A DNA stretch of 59,365 nucleotides from Mucilaginibacter sp. (GCA_016763755.1 JAESTD010000086.1:1-59365); one strand, 5' to 3'. Numbered from the stretch's first letter, positions 48,464 through 58,208 are shown. Notes: generated by a model from the letters alone, not told the origin. Translations and numbers: made by a program.

Positions 48464-49663
48464 ATGGAAATTAAGAGTACCGGTGTAAAAAGCAGCTGGT
48501 TAAAAAATATGATCATTAAACGGTTGTATTTTGATAAGGCGATGTCTTGCGCGGGTTTAAGTCAGCTTTTTGATAAAAGTATCCCATCAATTGCCAAAGC
48601 AATTAACGAACTGATAAAAGAAGGTTTTGTTGTTGAACAGGGCTATGCACCCTCAAGCGGCGGCCGTCGCCCGTTGATGTACGCCATCAATGCAAAGGCT
48701 ATGTTTATCCTTGCCGTGGCTATGGACCAGCTTTCGGCACGTATCCAGATGCTGGATCTGAATAACAGCCCGGTATCAGACATGGTGACCGTTGAACTGA
48801 AACTGCATAACAACGATAACGCGCTTCCGCAACTGATAGATCACCTTAATGGTTACATAGCGCAAACTGGTGTCCCGAAAGATAAAATTGCAGGCATTGG
48901 CATTGGCATGCCGGGGTTTATCAACGCCATTGAGGGCATTAACTATACCTACCTTGATGCAGGCGGCGAGAGCCTGAGCAAATACATTGAGCGCTCCACA
49001 GGTATTACCACTTACATTGATAACGACTCGAGCCTGATTGCCCTTGCCGAGCAGAAGTTTGGCATTGCCCGCTCACAACAGGAAGTAATGGTTATAAACC
49101 TGGGCTGGGGCATAGGATTGGGGATGATCATCGACGGTAAGATCTTTCGCGGCTACAACGGTTTTGCGGGCGAACTGAGCCACATACCGCTCTCTGATGA
49201 TGGAGAACTTTGCGTATGTGGCAAACGCGGCTGCTTAGAGGCCGAAGCATCAATGCTGGTAGTAGCTCAGAAAGCAGAAGAGGGCATCAGGAATGGCCGC
49301 GTTACCAGTTTGCAGCCGCATCATGGCCAATCCAAATTAATGGGCGATGCCCTGATGGAAGCAGCTAACCAGGGCGACCAGTTTGCCATTGAGTTGCTTA
49401 GCGAGGCCGGCTATAAAATAGGTAAAGCGCTGGCTATCCTTATCCATATCATGAACCCCGCCAATATTGTATTGAGCGGCCGTGGTGCTAAAGTAGGTAA
49501 ACTGCTGATGGCTCCTATACAACAGGCGCTGCACAAATACTGTATCCCAAGGCTTTCATCGGGTACAGAATTACTTATCTCATCATTGGGCTTTGATGCC
49601 GAGCTGATAGGGGCTGCAGTATTGGTGATGGAGAATTTCGACAGGGAAGAACGGACTTTATAA
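48464..49663 (+). CDS. ROK family transcriptional regulator
   Basis: N-terminal HTH with SSGGRRP; GIGIGMPG, DND, GFAGELSH, CVCGKRGCLE. Confidence 0.92.
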   Translation: MEIKSTGVKSSWLKNMIIKRLYFDKAMSCAGLSQLFDKSIPSIAKAINELIKEGFVVEQGYAPSSGGRRPLMYAINAKAMFILAVAMDQLSARIQMLDLNNSPVSDMVTVELKLHNNDNALPQLIDHLNGYIAQTGVPKDKIAGIGIGMPGFINAIEGINYTYLDAGGESLSKYIERSTGITTYIDNDSSLIALAEQKFGIARSQQEVMVINLGWGIGLGMIIDGKIFRGYNGFAGELSHIPLSDDGELCVCGKRGCLEAEASMLVVAQKAEEGIRNGRVTSLQPHHGQSKLMGDALMEAANQGDQFAIELLSEAGYKIGKALAILIHIMNPANIVLSGRGAKVGKLLMAPIQQALHKYCIPRLSSGTELLISSLGFDAELIGAAVLVMENFDREERTL

Positions 49664-49695
49664 ATAAACGCAACCTAAAACCTTATTAATTATAC

Positions 49696-50133
49696 ATGAA
49701 AAAGATCTGCTTTTTGCTCTGCTGCCTGTTGATGGCTGTTTCTGCCTGTAAAAAAGAGAATACTGCATTTGGAAATAAACTTCTTGGGAAATGGCTTTTG
49801 CAAAAAGTTGAATATACCGACTACGATGTTAATAATAAAATTATAGGTCACGCCACAAGTGGCTTTAGTGCCACTGATTACATGCTGTTTGATAAAGATA
49901 AAACCGGCGAAACTGTAACTGACGATAGGACACCGTTTGGCCCTCAAATCAGAAAGTTTACATATAATATCGATCAATCTAACGTCAACATTAAGTATCA
50001 ATATGATACAAAGGCTAAAACTTACAAGATAAAAGTTGTTAACGAGAACCAAGTTATTCTGACTTATAACTATGACCCTTGGGAAGATTCGATTGTTAAC
50101 GAGAAGGCAGAAACTTATCTTATCCGGCCGTAA
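49696..50133 (+). CDS. Lipocalin-like lipoprotein
   Basis: Lipobox VSAC, LLGKW motif. Confidence 0.65.
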   Translation: MKKICFLLCCLLMAVSACKKENTAFGNKLLGKWLLQKVEYTDYDVNNKIIGHATSGFSATDYMLFDKDKTGETVTDDRTPFGPQIRKFTYNIDQSNVNIKYQYDTKAKTYKIKVVNENQVILTYNYDPWEDSIVNEKAETYLIRP

Positions 50134-50139
50134 GCTACA

Positions 50140-50799
50140 TTAAATACTTATCCCACTCCCAATTTCAATAATCTGGTGGAATATGATATCTGACTTTTCA
50201 AAATGCCTCTGGTAGTTATCATACCGCTGTTTAAGGAAAAACTCTTTAGCGTAACCATCATGTACCGGTAGTATCTGTTTTGGCCTTACACGGTCTGCAA
50301 AGCCTGCTATGCGTAATTCATTGGCAAAGGGTGCCATGGTTACCATTATCAACACTTCAATATCAGGAAATTCGGTTAAGCTGGTCTCCATCGAATCTAC
50401 AGGGTGTAGTACTTTATCGTTAATAATAAAGCCGGTCATCTGCGGGATGGGATTATCCAGTAAAGGCTCATGCTGTACCGGGAAGGCCTGCAGTTTGAAA
50501 GGGCCTAATTCAAAATTTCCTTCTTTTATAGTGTTATAGCTAAGTCCCTCTTTGGCAATGGTTTCGCCAACCTCATCATTGGTATAAATAGGTGCGTCGC
50601 TTAATTCTACAATTTTTTTTAGATTCTCGGTGTCGAGATGATCCGGATGGATGTGGGTAATAATAATGGCATCCACATCGGCAAAATTATCCGGTTTAAC
50701 CCGTCCTTCGGCAAAGGTAAATTTGCCCGGGTCAAACAGTAATTTATAACCATTATCCTCAAAAACAAGACAAGAATGCAGAAATTTAGAAATTTTCAT
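50140..50799 (-). CDS. MBL-fold metallo-hydrolase
   Basis: HSC, DPG, THIHPDH, PVHDG; ATG at 50799. Confidence 0.88.
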   Translation of the reverse strand: MKISKFLHSCLVFEDNGYKLLFDPGKFTFAEGRVKPDNFADVDAIIITHIHPDHLDTENLKKIVELSDAPIYTNDEVGETIAKEGLSYNTIKEGNFELGPFKLQAFPVQHEPLLDNPIPQMTGFIINDKVLHPVDSMETSLTEFPDIEVLIMVTMAPFANELRIAGFADRVRPKQILPVHDGYAKEFFLKQRYDNYQRHFEKSDIIFHQIIEIGSGISI

Positions 50800-50850
50800 T
50801 TTAGCAACAGCGGTTTCATTTAAAACCTCAACTGCCTGCAAAAGTTTGGC

Positions 50851-51495
50851 TTACAGGATGTCTTTTAATTCCTCAAAGTGGTTAATCGTAGCCACCATGC
50901 CATTTTCTACTTTCCCAAATCCGTAAGATGCAAAAATGAACGGAACACTTGCTTTAGTTGCCGACTCATAATCGCCCATGGTATCACCCACATAAACCGG
51001 AGTTTGCAGGTTATGGTCGTTCACAATATCGCGGATGTTATCAGCCTTGGGGTTACCTTTTGTGCCATAACATTGGTGCGCCAAAAAATGCGGGTGCATG
51101 CTGTGCAGGTCTAAAAATAACTCGATATATCCACTCTGGCAGTTGCTAACGATATACAGCTTATAATTTTCGCCTAAATATGCCAGTGTATCTGCAAGGT
51201 TTGGATAAAGTTCACCGCCTTGTTTGTGCAAAATGTCCAGTTCGGCAACAGAACAAAGTTTTTGTACCTCGGCACGTTGCTGTTCATCAAGTGTTGGGAA
51301 CAGCTTCATAAAAATGGTATCGTAGGTCATGCCGGTGATAGAGCGTACCCGATCTTTTGTCATTACCTCGCCGGCCATATACGGCGCCTGGTCAATAGCG
51401 GTTTGCCATGCGCGCGTTATGGTTTCGGTACTGTCCCAAAGGGTACCATCCAAATCGAATATGACACTGTCGAATTTTCCTTTTAAACTTTCCAT
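50851..51495 (-). CDS. HAD family hydrolase
   Basis: FDLDGTLWDS, IVSN, K, YVGDTMGD. Confidence 0.9.
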   Translation of the reverse strand: MESLKGKFDSVIFDLDGTLWDSTETITRAWQTAIDQAPYMAGEVMTKDRVRSITGMTYDTIFMKLFPTLDEQQRAEVQKLCSVAELDILHKQGGELYPNLADTLAYLGENYKLYIVSNCQSGYIELFLDLHSMHPHFLAHQCYGTKGNPKADNIRDIVNDHNLQTPVYVGDTMGDYESATKASVPFIFASYGFGKVENGMVATINHFEELKDIL

Positions 51496-51542
51496 TTTGC
51501 GTTTATTGCCGCAAAAATAGATTTTATTTCAAGTCCGGCTGA

Positions 51543-51695
51543 TTAATATATCGGAAATTGACCGAATAGATACATTACAGACATTACAGGAGTTGCCAGC
51601 AGCAAAAATACTCTTGCTTGCTCTACTTTATCAGAATCGCCTTTAACAAATACATGGTTAAGGTCGGTTATTATAGTTTTAATTGCTTTTTTCAT
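51543..51695 (-). CDS. Small hypothetical membrane protein (50 aa, not in the ORF track)
   Basis: MKKAIKTIITDLNHVFVKGDSDKVEQARVFLLLATPVMSVMYLFGQFPIY; fills an otherwise empty gap; C-terminal hydrophobic helix. Confidence 0.55.
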   Translation of the reverse strand: MKKAIKTIITDLNHVFVKGDSDKVEQARVFLLLATPVMSVMYLFGQFPIY

Positions 51696-51826
51696 GGTTA
51701 AACAGGTTGTGGTTTCTGTTTATGTGACCATAGCAATTTTAAAAGGTTTAAAGCAGGTTGGCGCTCAAAGCGTAACCATACTGTCACTGACCATATAACG
51801 ATGCTTTATAAAGTAGATGATTCGGG

Positions 51827-52279
51827 CTATTTGGCATCGTTTACCTCTATCCAGTAACCATCAGGATCCTGGATATAAACTTGCGAAACGCCGTCAACGC
51901 GGTGTTCTACCTGGCCCGGCACCTGTTTCCAGTTGCAGTAGGCGATATTTTTAGCTTTCAGCATTTCTACAAATTTATCAATAGCCGGTACGCTGAAACA
52001 GATATGATCGGCAATCACCTTTGTAGTTGAGCAATTGCTTTGAATAACATGCATGGCAATATTCGGCGCAATGCTGTACCAGGTATGCACCGTATCCTTA
52101 AATGGATTTGGGATGATCTTGAGTTTTAAAACAGATGTATAAAACTCGTTACTCTTTTTTAAATCTTTTGAACACAGGGCAACATGGTTAAAAACAGCTT
52201 GTGCCTTAGTTATAGCAGGCACAGTAAATAAAACGGTGAATACAGCGGCGATAGCCAATATTTTAAAAATTTTCATCAT
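51827..52279 (-). CDS. VOC/glyoxalase family protein, exported
   Basis: Signal peptide ending KA-Q; FNHVAL, DHICF, QDPDGYWIEVN; ATG at 52279. Confidence 0.88.
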   Translation of the reverse strand: MMKIFKILAIAAVFTVLFTVPAITKAQAVFNHVALCSKDLKKSNEFYTSVLKLKIIPNPFKDTVHTWYSIAPNIAMHVIQSNCSTTKVIADHICFSVPAIDKFVEMLKAKNIAYCNWKQVPGQVEHRVDGVSQVYIQDPDGYWIEVNDAK

Positions 52280-52384
52280 TGCGGATTTTCGTAAATATAC
52301 ATGAGTAATTTTATCCTGTGCAGGATAAGCAGAAGATTTATTGGTAACAATTGCCGTTACAATCTTTAGGAGTATATTTAGGGT

Positions 52385-53047
52385 ATGAATAACCATCTAC
52401 AACCTCAAACCGATAGTAACAATGCCCGGGTTTACAGTGCCATAGTAAGCCTGGTAACCATTTTTGCACTTGCTTTGCAGTTTGTTATTTCATTACAGTT
52501 GAATCTGGACAAAGGCCGCCCACTGGGTTATTCGTTAGAGTTTTATTTTAGCTTTTTTACCATTCAGTGTAATTTGCTTGTCGCTTTTACTACCGCTGCT
52601 GTTGCGCTTGGCGGTTTCTCGAACAAATTTTTTGCAAGGCCGGGCGTGCTTACCGCTACCGCTGTTTATATCACTATTGTTTGTATTGTTTATAACCTTG
52701 TGTTGCGCGGCACGGTTTACTTCACCGGCTGGGGTCGCGTTGCAGATGAGCTGCTGCATGTGGTTGATCCTATCCTGTTTATTGTATTTTGGTTTGTTGC
52801 AGTGCCAAAACAAAGCATCACCTACAAAGGTACCTTTAGTTGGTTATGGTACCCGCTGTTGTATATTATTTACGTCCTTATCCGTGGTGTATTTACAGCA
52901 CGCTACCCTTATTTTTTCTTAGATACTGTAAAATACGGCTACCCCAAAGTAGCTGTAAACATCGCTATTTTAGTGGTGGTTTTTTGGCTGTTTTGCCTGA
53001 TGTATGCTTTTATAGCACAGCGAATTAGCCTGCGTAAAAAGGCTTAA
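52385..53047 (+). CDS. Pr6Pr / FAR-17a-like membrane protein
   Basis: FSFFTIQCN, VYNLVLR, LLHVVDP, RYPYFFLD. Confidence 0.8.
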   Translation: MNNHLQPQTDSNNARVYSAIVSLVTIFALALQFVISLQLNLDKGRPLGYSLEFYFSFFTIQCNLLVAFTTAAVALGGFSNKFFARPGVLTATAVYITIVCIVYNLVLRGTVYFTGWGRVADELLHVVDPILFIVFWFVAVPKQSITYKGTFSWLWYPLLYIIYVLIRGVFTARYPYFFLDTVKYGYPKVAVNIAILVVVFWLFCLMYAFIAQRISLRKKA

Positions 53048-53183
53048 TATCATCGCTGTTTCTCTCAATTTGCCTTTGTAACAAGTGTGTTATATGCTCT
53101 TGGCGGCATTAAACTTGGATGGCCCAAACCGGTTTAATATTTAAACAAACGCAATAAACAAAGCGAATAGGAGATTTTCAATC

Positions 53184-53351
53184 ATGAAAAAAAGCATCAT
53201 AAAAATAATGGCAGTTCTACTATTGGGTACTGCAATGTTCTCAAGTTGTTCAATAGATAACCGTAACAATCGCAGGTACGATCGTTACCATCATGATAGG
53301 TACCATGACCGTAATTGGGACCGCGACCACGGATATTACAGAAATTACTAA
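53184..53351 (+). CDS. Small Arg/His/Asp/Tyr-rich lipoprotein (55 aa, not in the ORF track)
   Basis: MKKSIIKIMAVLLLGTAMFSSC-SIDNRNNRRYDRYHHDRYHDRNWDRDHGYYRNY; lipobox FSSC. Confidence 0.7.
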   Translation: MKKSIIKIMAVLLLGTAMFSSCSIDNRNNRRYDRYHHDRYHDRNWDRDHGYYRNY

Positions 53352-53391
53352 TCCATCTAAAATCAAACGTTAACCTTAAACAAACATAACC

Positions 53392-53670
53392 ATGAAGTAC
53401 TTGAAAATATTTGCCGTAGCCGCTGTTGCAATGTTCGGTTTTAACACTGCAAAAGCACAAGTTTCAATTTCCGCACAGATAGGCACGCCAGCGCCAGTGG
53501 TATATACAGAACCAGTTTATGTAAACCGACCGGTTTATCACCGTCCGCCACGCCGTGTGGTGGTGGTTGAACGCAGGCATTACCGCCGCTACCATAGGCC
53601 GGTATTAATGTCAAGAAGAGCATACTATCACCGCCCGGCGCATCGCCCGGTGCTGATGAGACATCACTAA
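53392..53670 (+). CDS. Small secreted Pro/Arg/His-rich protein
   Basis: Signal peptide AKA-QVSISAQIG; repeated YHRP/HRPVLM. Confidence 0.75.
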   Translation: MKYLKIFAVAAVAMFGFNTAKAQVSISAQIGTPAPVVYTEPVYVNRPVYHRPPRRVVVVERRHYRRYHRPVLMSRRAYYHRPAHRPVLMRHH

Positions 53671-53676
53671 TATATC

Positions 53677-53708
53677 AAAGCCCTCATACTAAACCTTGAG
53701 GGCTTTTT
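53677..53708 (+). terminator. Intrinsic terminator
   Basis: AAAGCCCTCA...TGAGGGCTTTTT. Confidence 0.75.
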
Positions 53709-53729
53709 GTTTTTAACCATGTAGTCGCA

Positions 53730-53811
53730 TCATTGCCGTTGGCTTCAGCCAACGGATGGCAAGCCCTTGAGGGTACACACAGAAACCGTTGCCTGAAGGC
53801 AACGGCAATGA
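53730..53811. repeat. Family C palindromic repeat
   Basis: tcattgccgttggcttcagccaacgg ... ccgttgcctgaaggcaacggcaatga. Confidence 0.8.
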
Positions 53812-53945
53812 TTTATACCGAAATCCTCGCTTAAAAGTAACGGCAATTATTTTAATCAGCATTACTGACTTTGCTAAAACGATAGTCAATTTTACATATC
53901 AATTACCAATCCTTTTATATCTTGCAACATTAAGCTTAGTAATTT

Positions 53946-55196
53946 ATGCGTAGAGGTGGTATATTCAATTTCTTTTTAATAGCATCAGCAATAACCTTCC
54001 TGATGGATTGGTATGTTTTTAACGGATTGCGTACCCTTACGCTCGATTGGCAATCGCGCTTCGCAAGATTGGCGCTGCCATGGGGGTTCTTAATAACCTC
54101 AGTAGGTATAACCATAATCTTTCTGGTTGGGCTAAACAGTTTCAATACATCTAAGGGTATGACCCCTTTTCACGAGTGGATGCTGAGCCTGTTCTTAACT
54201 TTCTTTGTAACCAAGCTTGTATTTTGTATTGTGCTATCCTTAGGCGATCTGGGCAGGTTCATAGCCGGTTTAGTTGGTGAGCATAAGCCGGGTGATCCTT
54301 ACTTCCCGCAACGCCGAAAGTTTATCAGCGAGATAGCCGTACTGCTGGCTGCATTGCCGTTTACATCGTTTTTTTACGCGATGTTTCGTGGTAAGTACCA
54401 ATATAAGCTGCACACCAAAACTATCTATTACGATGAGTTGCCTGAGGCCTTTGACGGTTTTACCATCACGCAACTATCAGATATTCACTCAGGCAGTTTT
54501 GATAATGTCGATGCCATGCAGCGCGGTATTGATTTGGCTAAAGCCCAAAAATCTGACCTGTTTGTTTTTACTGGCGACTTGGTGAACAACGCAGCTTGGG
54601 AAATTGAACAATACATAGACCGTTTTGGGCAGATCAAAGCACCTTTCGGTCAATTCTCAATCCTGGGTAACCATGATTATGGAGATTATATCCAGCGGGA
54701 GAGCGAACAAGCCAAACGTGATAATCTGGACAAACTAAAACGCCACCATGCCGAACTTGGCTATCGCCTTTTGTTGAACGAGAATGTTGAACTGGAAAAG
54801 GATGGCCAAAAAATATCGCTGATAGGGGTTGAGAACTGGGGCAAAGGATTTATCCAAAAAGGCGATTTGGACAAGGCGCTTACAGGTGTAGATGATAAAG
54901 CATTTAAAGTACTGCTATCGCACGATCCAACCCACTGGGAAGAGAAGGTGCGTTACCACAAAACTGATGTTCATTTAACGCTTTCGGGGCACACGCATGG
55001 TGCACAGTTTGGGGTTGAAACGGCTGGTTTCCGCTGGAGCCCTGTGCAATACCGCTACCTGGATTGGGCGGGCCTCATCAAACAGAATAATCGCCATTTA
55101 TACGTGAACCGTGGTTTTGGTTTCCTTGCCTTCTCGGGCAGGTTAGGCATTTGGCCTGAGATAACGGTTATCACTCTCAAAAAGAAGAGAGCCTAA
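53946..55196 (+). CDS. Membrane-anchored metallophosphoesterase (YkuE-like)
   Basis: N-terminal TMs; SDIH, TGDLVN, GNHD, LLSH, GHTHG. Confidence 0.92.
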   Translation: MRRGGIFNFFLIASAITFLMDWYVFNGLRTLTLDWQSRFARLALPWGFLITSVGITIIFLVGLNSFNTSKGMTPFHEWMLSLFLTFFVTKLVFCIVLSLGDLGRFIAGLVGEHKPGDPYFPQRRKFISEIAVLLAALPFTSFFYAMFRGKYQYKLHTKTIYYDELPEAFDGFTITQLSDIHSGSFDNVDAMQRGIDLAKAQKSDLFVFTGDLVNNAAWEIEQYIDRFGQIKAPFGQFSILGNHDYGDYIQRESEQAKRDNLDKLKRHHAELGYRLLLNENVELEKDGQKISLIGVENWGKGFIQKGDLDKALTGVDDKAFKVLLSHDPTHWEEKVRYHKTDVHLTLSGHTHGAQFGVETAGFRWSPVQYRYLDWAGLIKQNNRHLYVNRGFGFLAFSGRLGIWPEITVITLKKKRA

Positions 55197-55208
55197 ACAG
55201 AAAAATCG

Positions 55209-55544
55209 ATGGACAATAATATTTTCAGGCATTTTGCAGATATTGACACCAAAGAAATAGCCCCGGGCTTTTTCTCTAAGCTGATCCATACCGATAGCAA
55301 TACCATCAACTTTATTGAGGTAGCTGCCGGTTGTGCATTGGGTACGCACAGCCATGTACACGAGCAAATGTCGTTTGTTATTGAAGGTAAGTTTCAGCTC
55401 ACCGTAAACGGAACGGCGCAAATTCTTGATGCCGGTATGTTTGCTGTTATCCCCTCAGAGGCACCACACAGCGGCCTGGCTATAACCGATTGCAAACTGA
55501 TAGACATTTTTACACCATCCCGCGATGACTATAAGTCGATATGA
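55209..55544 (+). CDS. Cupin domain protein
   Basis: HSHVHEQ, PH, DIFTPSRDDY. Confidence 0.88.
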   Translation: MDNNIFRHFADIDTKEIAPGFFSKLIHTDSNTINFIEVAAGCALGTHSHVHEQMSFVIEGKFQLTVNGTAQILDAGMFAVIPSEAPHSGLAITDCKLIDIFTPSRDDYKSI

Positions 55545-56209
55545 TATTAAAACCTATGAAGTTAAAAGCTGTAATATTTGATCTTGATGGCACTATTGCT
55601 AATACTTTGCCATTGTGTATAGCCGCATTTAAGAAAAGTATCGAGCCTTTTTTAAATAAATCCCTTAGTGATGAGGAGATCATCGCCACTTTTGGCCCAT
55701 CTGAAGAGGGGACTATCCGCGCGCTGATACCGCAGCAGGAAGCGCAGGGCGTTAAAGACTATCTTTTGCATTACGAAGCCATGCATGATACCTGCCCGGC
55801 AATGTTCCCCGGGATAAAAGAGTTGTTGCAAGCCCTGCTTGATAAAGGCGTGCAATTGGCTATGGTGACCGGTAAAGGCATCCACAGTACAAAATTATCG
55901 CTTAAGCAATTTGATGCTGACGGTTATTTTGAGATATTGGAAACCGGATCGCCTGATGGCCCCGATAAAGTAAACGGCATTAAGCGGGCGCTGAAAAAGC
56001 TAAATGTGGAACCGCAGGATGCATTGTATGTAGGCGATGCCCCGAGCGATATAAAGAGTTGTAAAGAAGTTGGTATCCCGATAGCTGCCGCGGCCTGGGC
56101 GCATACTACCAACGCCGCTGAATTGATCCCGCTGGAACCTGAATTTATTTTTTACAGCGTAGATGATTTTCAGCATTGGGTTACCGAAACCATAGATACC
56201 GAAAGCTGA
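55541..56209 (+). CDS. HAD family hydrolase
   Basis: FDLDGT, VTGK, YVGDAPSD; the start may be the later ATG at 55556. Confidence 0.88.
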   Translation: MILKPMKLKAVIFDLDGTIANTLPLCIAAFKKSIEPFLNKSLSDEEIIATFGPSEEGTIRALIPQQEAQGVKDYLLHYEAMHDTCPAMFPGIKELLQALLDKGVQLAMVTGKGIHSTKLSLKQFDADGYFEILETGSPDGPDKVNGIKRALKKLNVEPQDALYVGDAPSDIKSCKEVGIPIAAAAWAHTTNAAELIPLEPEFIFYSVDDFQHWVTETIDTES

Positions 56210-56253
56210 TTTTTGAACTCAATTATTTTTTGCCGATTTAATACATTTGCCTT

Positions 56254-56763
56254 ATGGCTATAACTCCTGCTACTTTAACTGACATACCCGAATTGGTTGC
56301 TTTGATAAACTCAGCCTACCGTGGCGAGGGCGCTAAACAGGGTTGGACGACCGAGGCAGATATGATCGAAGGAACGCGTATTGATTTTGACAGCCTTACT
56401 GAAGAACTGAACGACCCAAATGTAACCCTATTTAAAAACATCAACGATAATGGTGAAATAACTGGGTGCGTGTATGTTCAAAAACGTAATGACAGGCTTT
56501 ACCTGGGCATGCTTACTGTATCGCCAACGTTGCAGGCAAAAGGCTTGGGCAAACAACTGTTACAGGTAGCTGAAGATCATGGCCGCGCCAAAGGTTTAAA
56601 AGCCATGACCATGACGGTGATCACTAAACGCAACGAGCTGATAGCCTACTACGAGCGCCGCGGTTACGCCAAAACCGGCGAGGTTATATCGCTTAACATC
56701 CCTGAGCAATTTGGCCGCGTTAAAGAGCCCCTGGAGATGTTTATTTTTGAGAAGCCCCTGTAA
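56254..56763 (+). CDS. GNAT family N-acetyltransferase
   Basis: INSAYRG..GWTTEA, VSPTLQAKGLG, YYERRGY. Confidence 0.9.
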   Translation: MAITPATLTDIPELVALINSAYRGEGAKQGWTTEADMIEGTRIDFDSLTEELNDPNVTLFKNINDNGEITGCVYVQKRNDRLYLGMLTVSPTLQAKGLGKQLLQVAEDHGRAKGLKAMTMTVITKRNELIAYYERRGYAKTGEVISLNIPEQFGRVKEPLEMFIFEKPL

Positions 56764-56875
56764 GGCGGACTCATTTTTTTAACTGCTTGCAACCAATAAT
56801 GCTGTTTTCTTATCTTTAGGTGTAACGCCGGGAAAATATCGGTGTCCTTTATATCGAGAACTATTAAGGCATTGT

Positions 56876-57235
56876 ATGGACCAACTATCTCCACAGCTAA
56901 CAGATTTTATTGTTGACTATTGCAACCGGTATAAAGTGGTGCCGGTTGATACATCAATGATAAAGCCTGATACCAGCCTTGATCTCGACCTTGATATTTA
57001 CGATATAGAAATAGATCTTTTCCTCTCTGAGTTTGCCGAGTATTTTAAGATAGATAAATCAAAATTCAGCTGGTATAAATACGGATACCCAAAAGGATCA
57101 ACCCGGGTGCGGATGATAAAAGCTTTGTTTGGTTACAAACACCCTTTAGTTAAAAAATTAACAAGCTATTGCTACAAACCTAAATTTAGGGTGGAAGTAT
57201 TGCAGCAAGCATTAGAGAACAGAAAACTGCTCTAA
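56876..57235 (+). CDS. DUF1493-like protein
   Basis: DTSLDLDLDI...FAEYFKID.SKF pattern, recognised by eye. Confidence 0.5.
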   Translation: MDQLSPQLTDFIVDYCNRYKVVPVDTSMIKPDTSLDLDLDIYDIEIDLFLSEFAEYFKIDKSKFSWYKYGYPKGSTRVRMIKALFGYKHPLVKKLTSYCYKPKFRVEVLQQALENRKLL

Positions 57236-57242
57236 AAATAAC

Positions 57243-57351
57243 TGTCGTGCTGCCTGTAGGCCAAAGGGTGGCATCACACACAAAATACGGCTATGACAGG
57301 TTTAGTTTACGGTGTGGGTCCCGGTTTGGTAGCTAACAATCCGGGATGACA
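57243..57351. repeat. Degenerate family B repeat
   Basis: tgtcgtgctg ... tcccgg...ccgggatgaca between convergent genes. Confidence 0.5.
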
Positions 57352-57359
57352 GTATTTTT

Positions 57360-57919
57360 TTATCCGGGCACGCGCTCACCTCTTTGGCAGTAGTCAATAA
57401 GCTTTTGTAAGCGGCTCAGTTGTGTTTTCTCTTGTTTAGCACTCATTACTCTATGGAGTGATACTTTACGATACCATGGTGCCTGGGCCTCGAAATAAGC
57501 CCACGCTTTTTTGTTTGCTTTAAACAGTTTGGTATAAGCAGGCAAAAGCTCTTTCTGCTCCGTCTCGAAAGCATAGATGGCAGATCTCTCTTCTTTACGT
57601 TTGCTATATGCGGCGATCCCCGCAGGCTTCATTAAGCCCTTCTCGGTAAGCTCTGCTACCTTTTTGATATTTACAGCACTCCAGATACTATCGGGTTTGC
57701 GCGGCGTAAAACGGATAGTATAGCTTTTATCATCGATAGATCTGCGTACACGTCTATCCAGCCGAAACAAAGCGCCTCATCAACAGATTGCGACCAGGTG
57801 ATGCTGGGCAAGCCGCTGCTTGTTTTGTAAAAGCCTACCAGTAGTTCCTTCTCCTCATCGGCGTTTTGCTCCAGCCATTGGCGAAAGTTTTCCGGCGTTT
57901 CAAAAAATACAGGTTGCAT
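57360..57919 (-). pseudogene. YdeI/OmpD-associated family protein, 1-nt frameshift
   Basis: EALCFGWID then GAC-GT-GTA-CGC (one G missing from GGT, near 57751), continuing VRRSIDDKSYTIRFTPRKPDSIWS in the other frame. Confidence 0.85.
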
Positions 57920-57939
57920 AAGGGCTAATATACAACCCT

Positions 57940-58152
57940 TCAGGTTTTTTTAGCGGTTGCCACGATAACAATCCCCCCAACCAATAATATCCCACCCAGG
58001 TAAGGCGGCCAGTTAACGGTTTTTTCCCTATCGGCGGATACCTGTATCGGCCCGGCATCAATGATCTTTTCTTTTTTGGTATACGTAAAGCCCGTCCAAA
58101 TCAGCATGGCCGCGCCGATTACTATCAGTATAAGGCCTAATGTTTTATTCAT
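57940..58152 (-). CDS. Small two-TM membrane protein (DUF3185-like)
   Basis: 70 aa MNKTLGLILIVIG...KIIDAGPIQVSADREKTVNWPP; ATG at 58152. Confidence 0.75.
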   Translation of the reverse strand: MNKTLGLILIVIGAAMLIWTGFTYTKKEKIIDAGPIQVSADREKTVNWPPYLGGILLVGGIVIVATAKKT

Positions 58153-58208
58153 GGTAAATTGGTTTGTTGGTTCATTAGTGAATAATATTTTGGAGTGATT
58201 TGTTTTGT

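Noticed and set aside
13741-57752. Programmed frameshifting or phase variation at the three frameshifts
   Set aside because: There is no slippery heptamer or long homopolymer at the YdeI and DUF2147 sites. The DUF4397 site has only T6, and its TAG precedes it.
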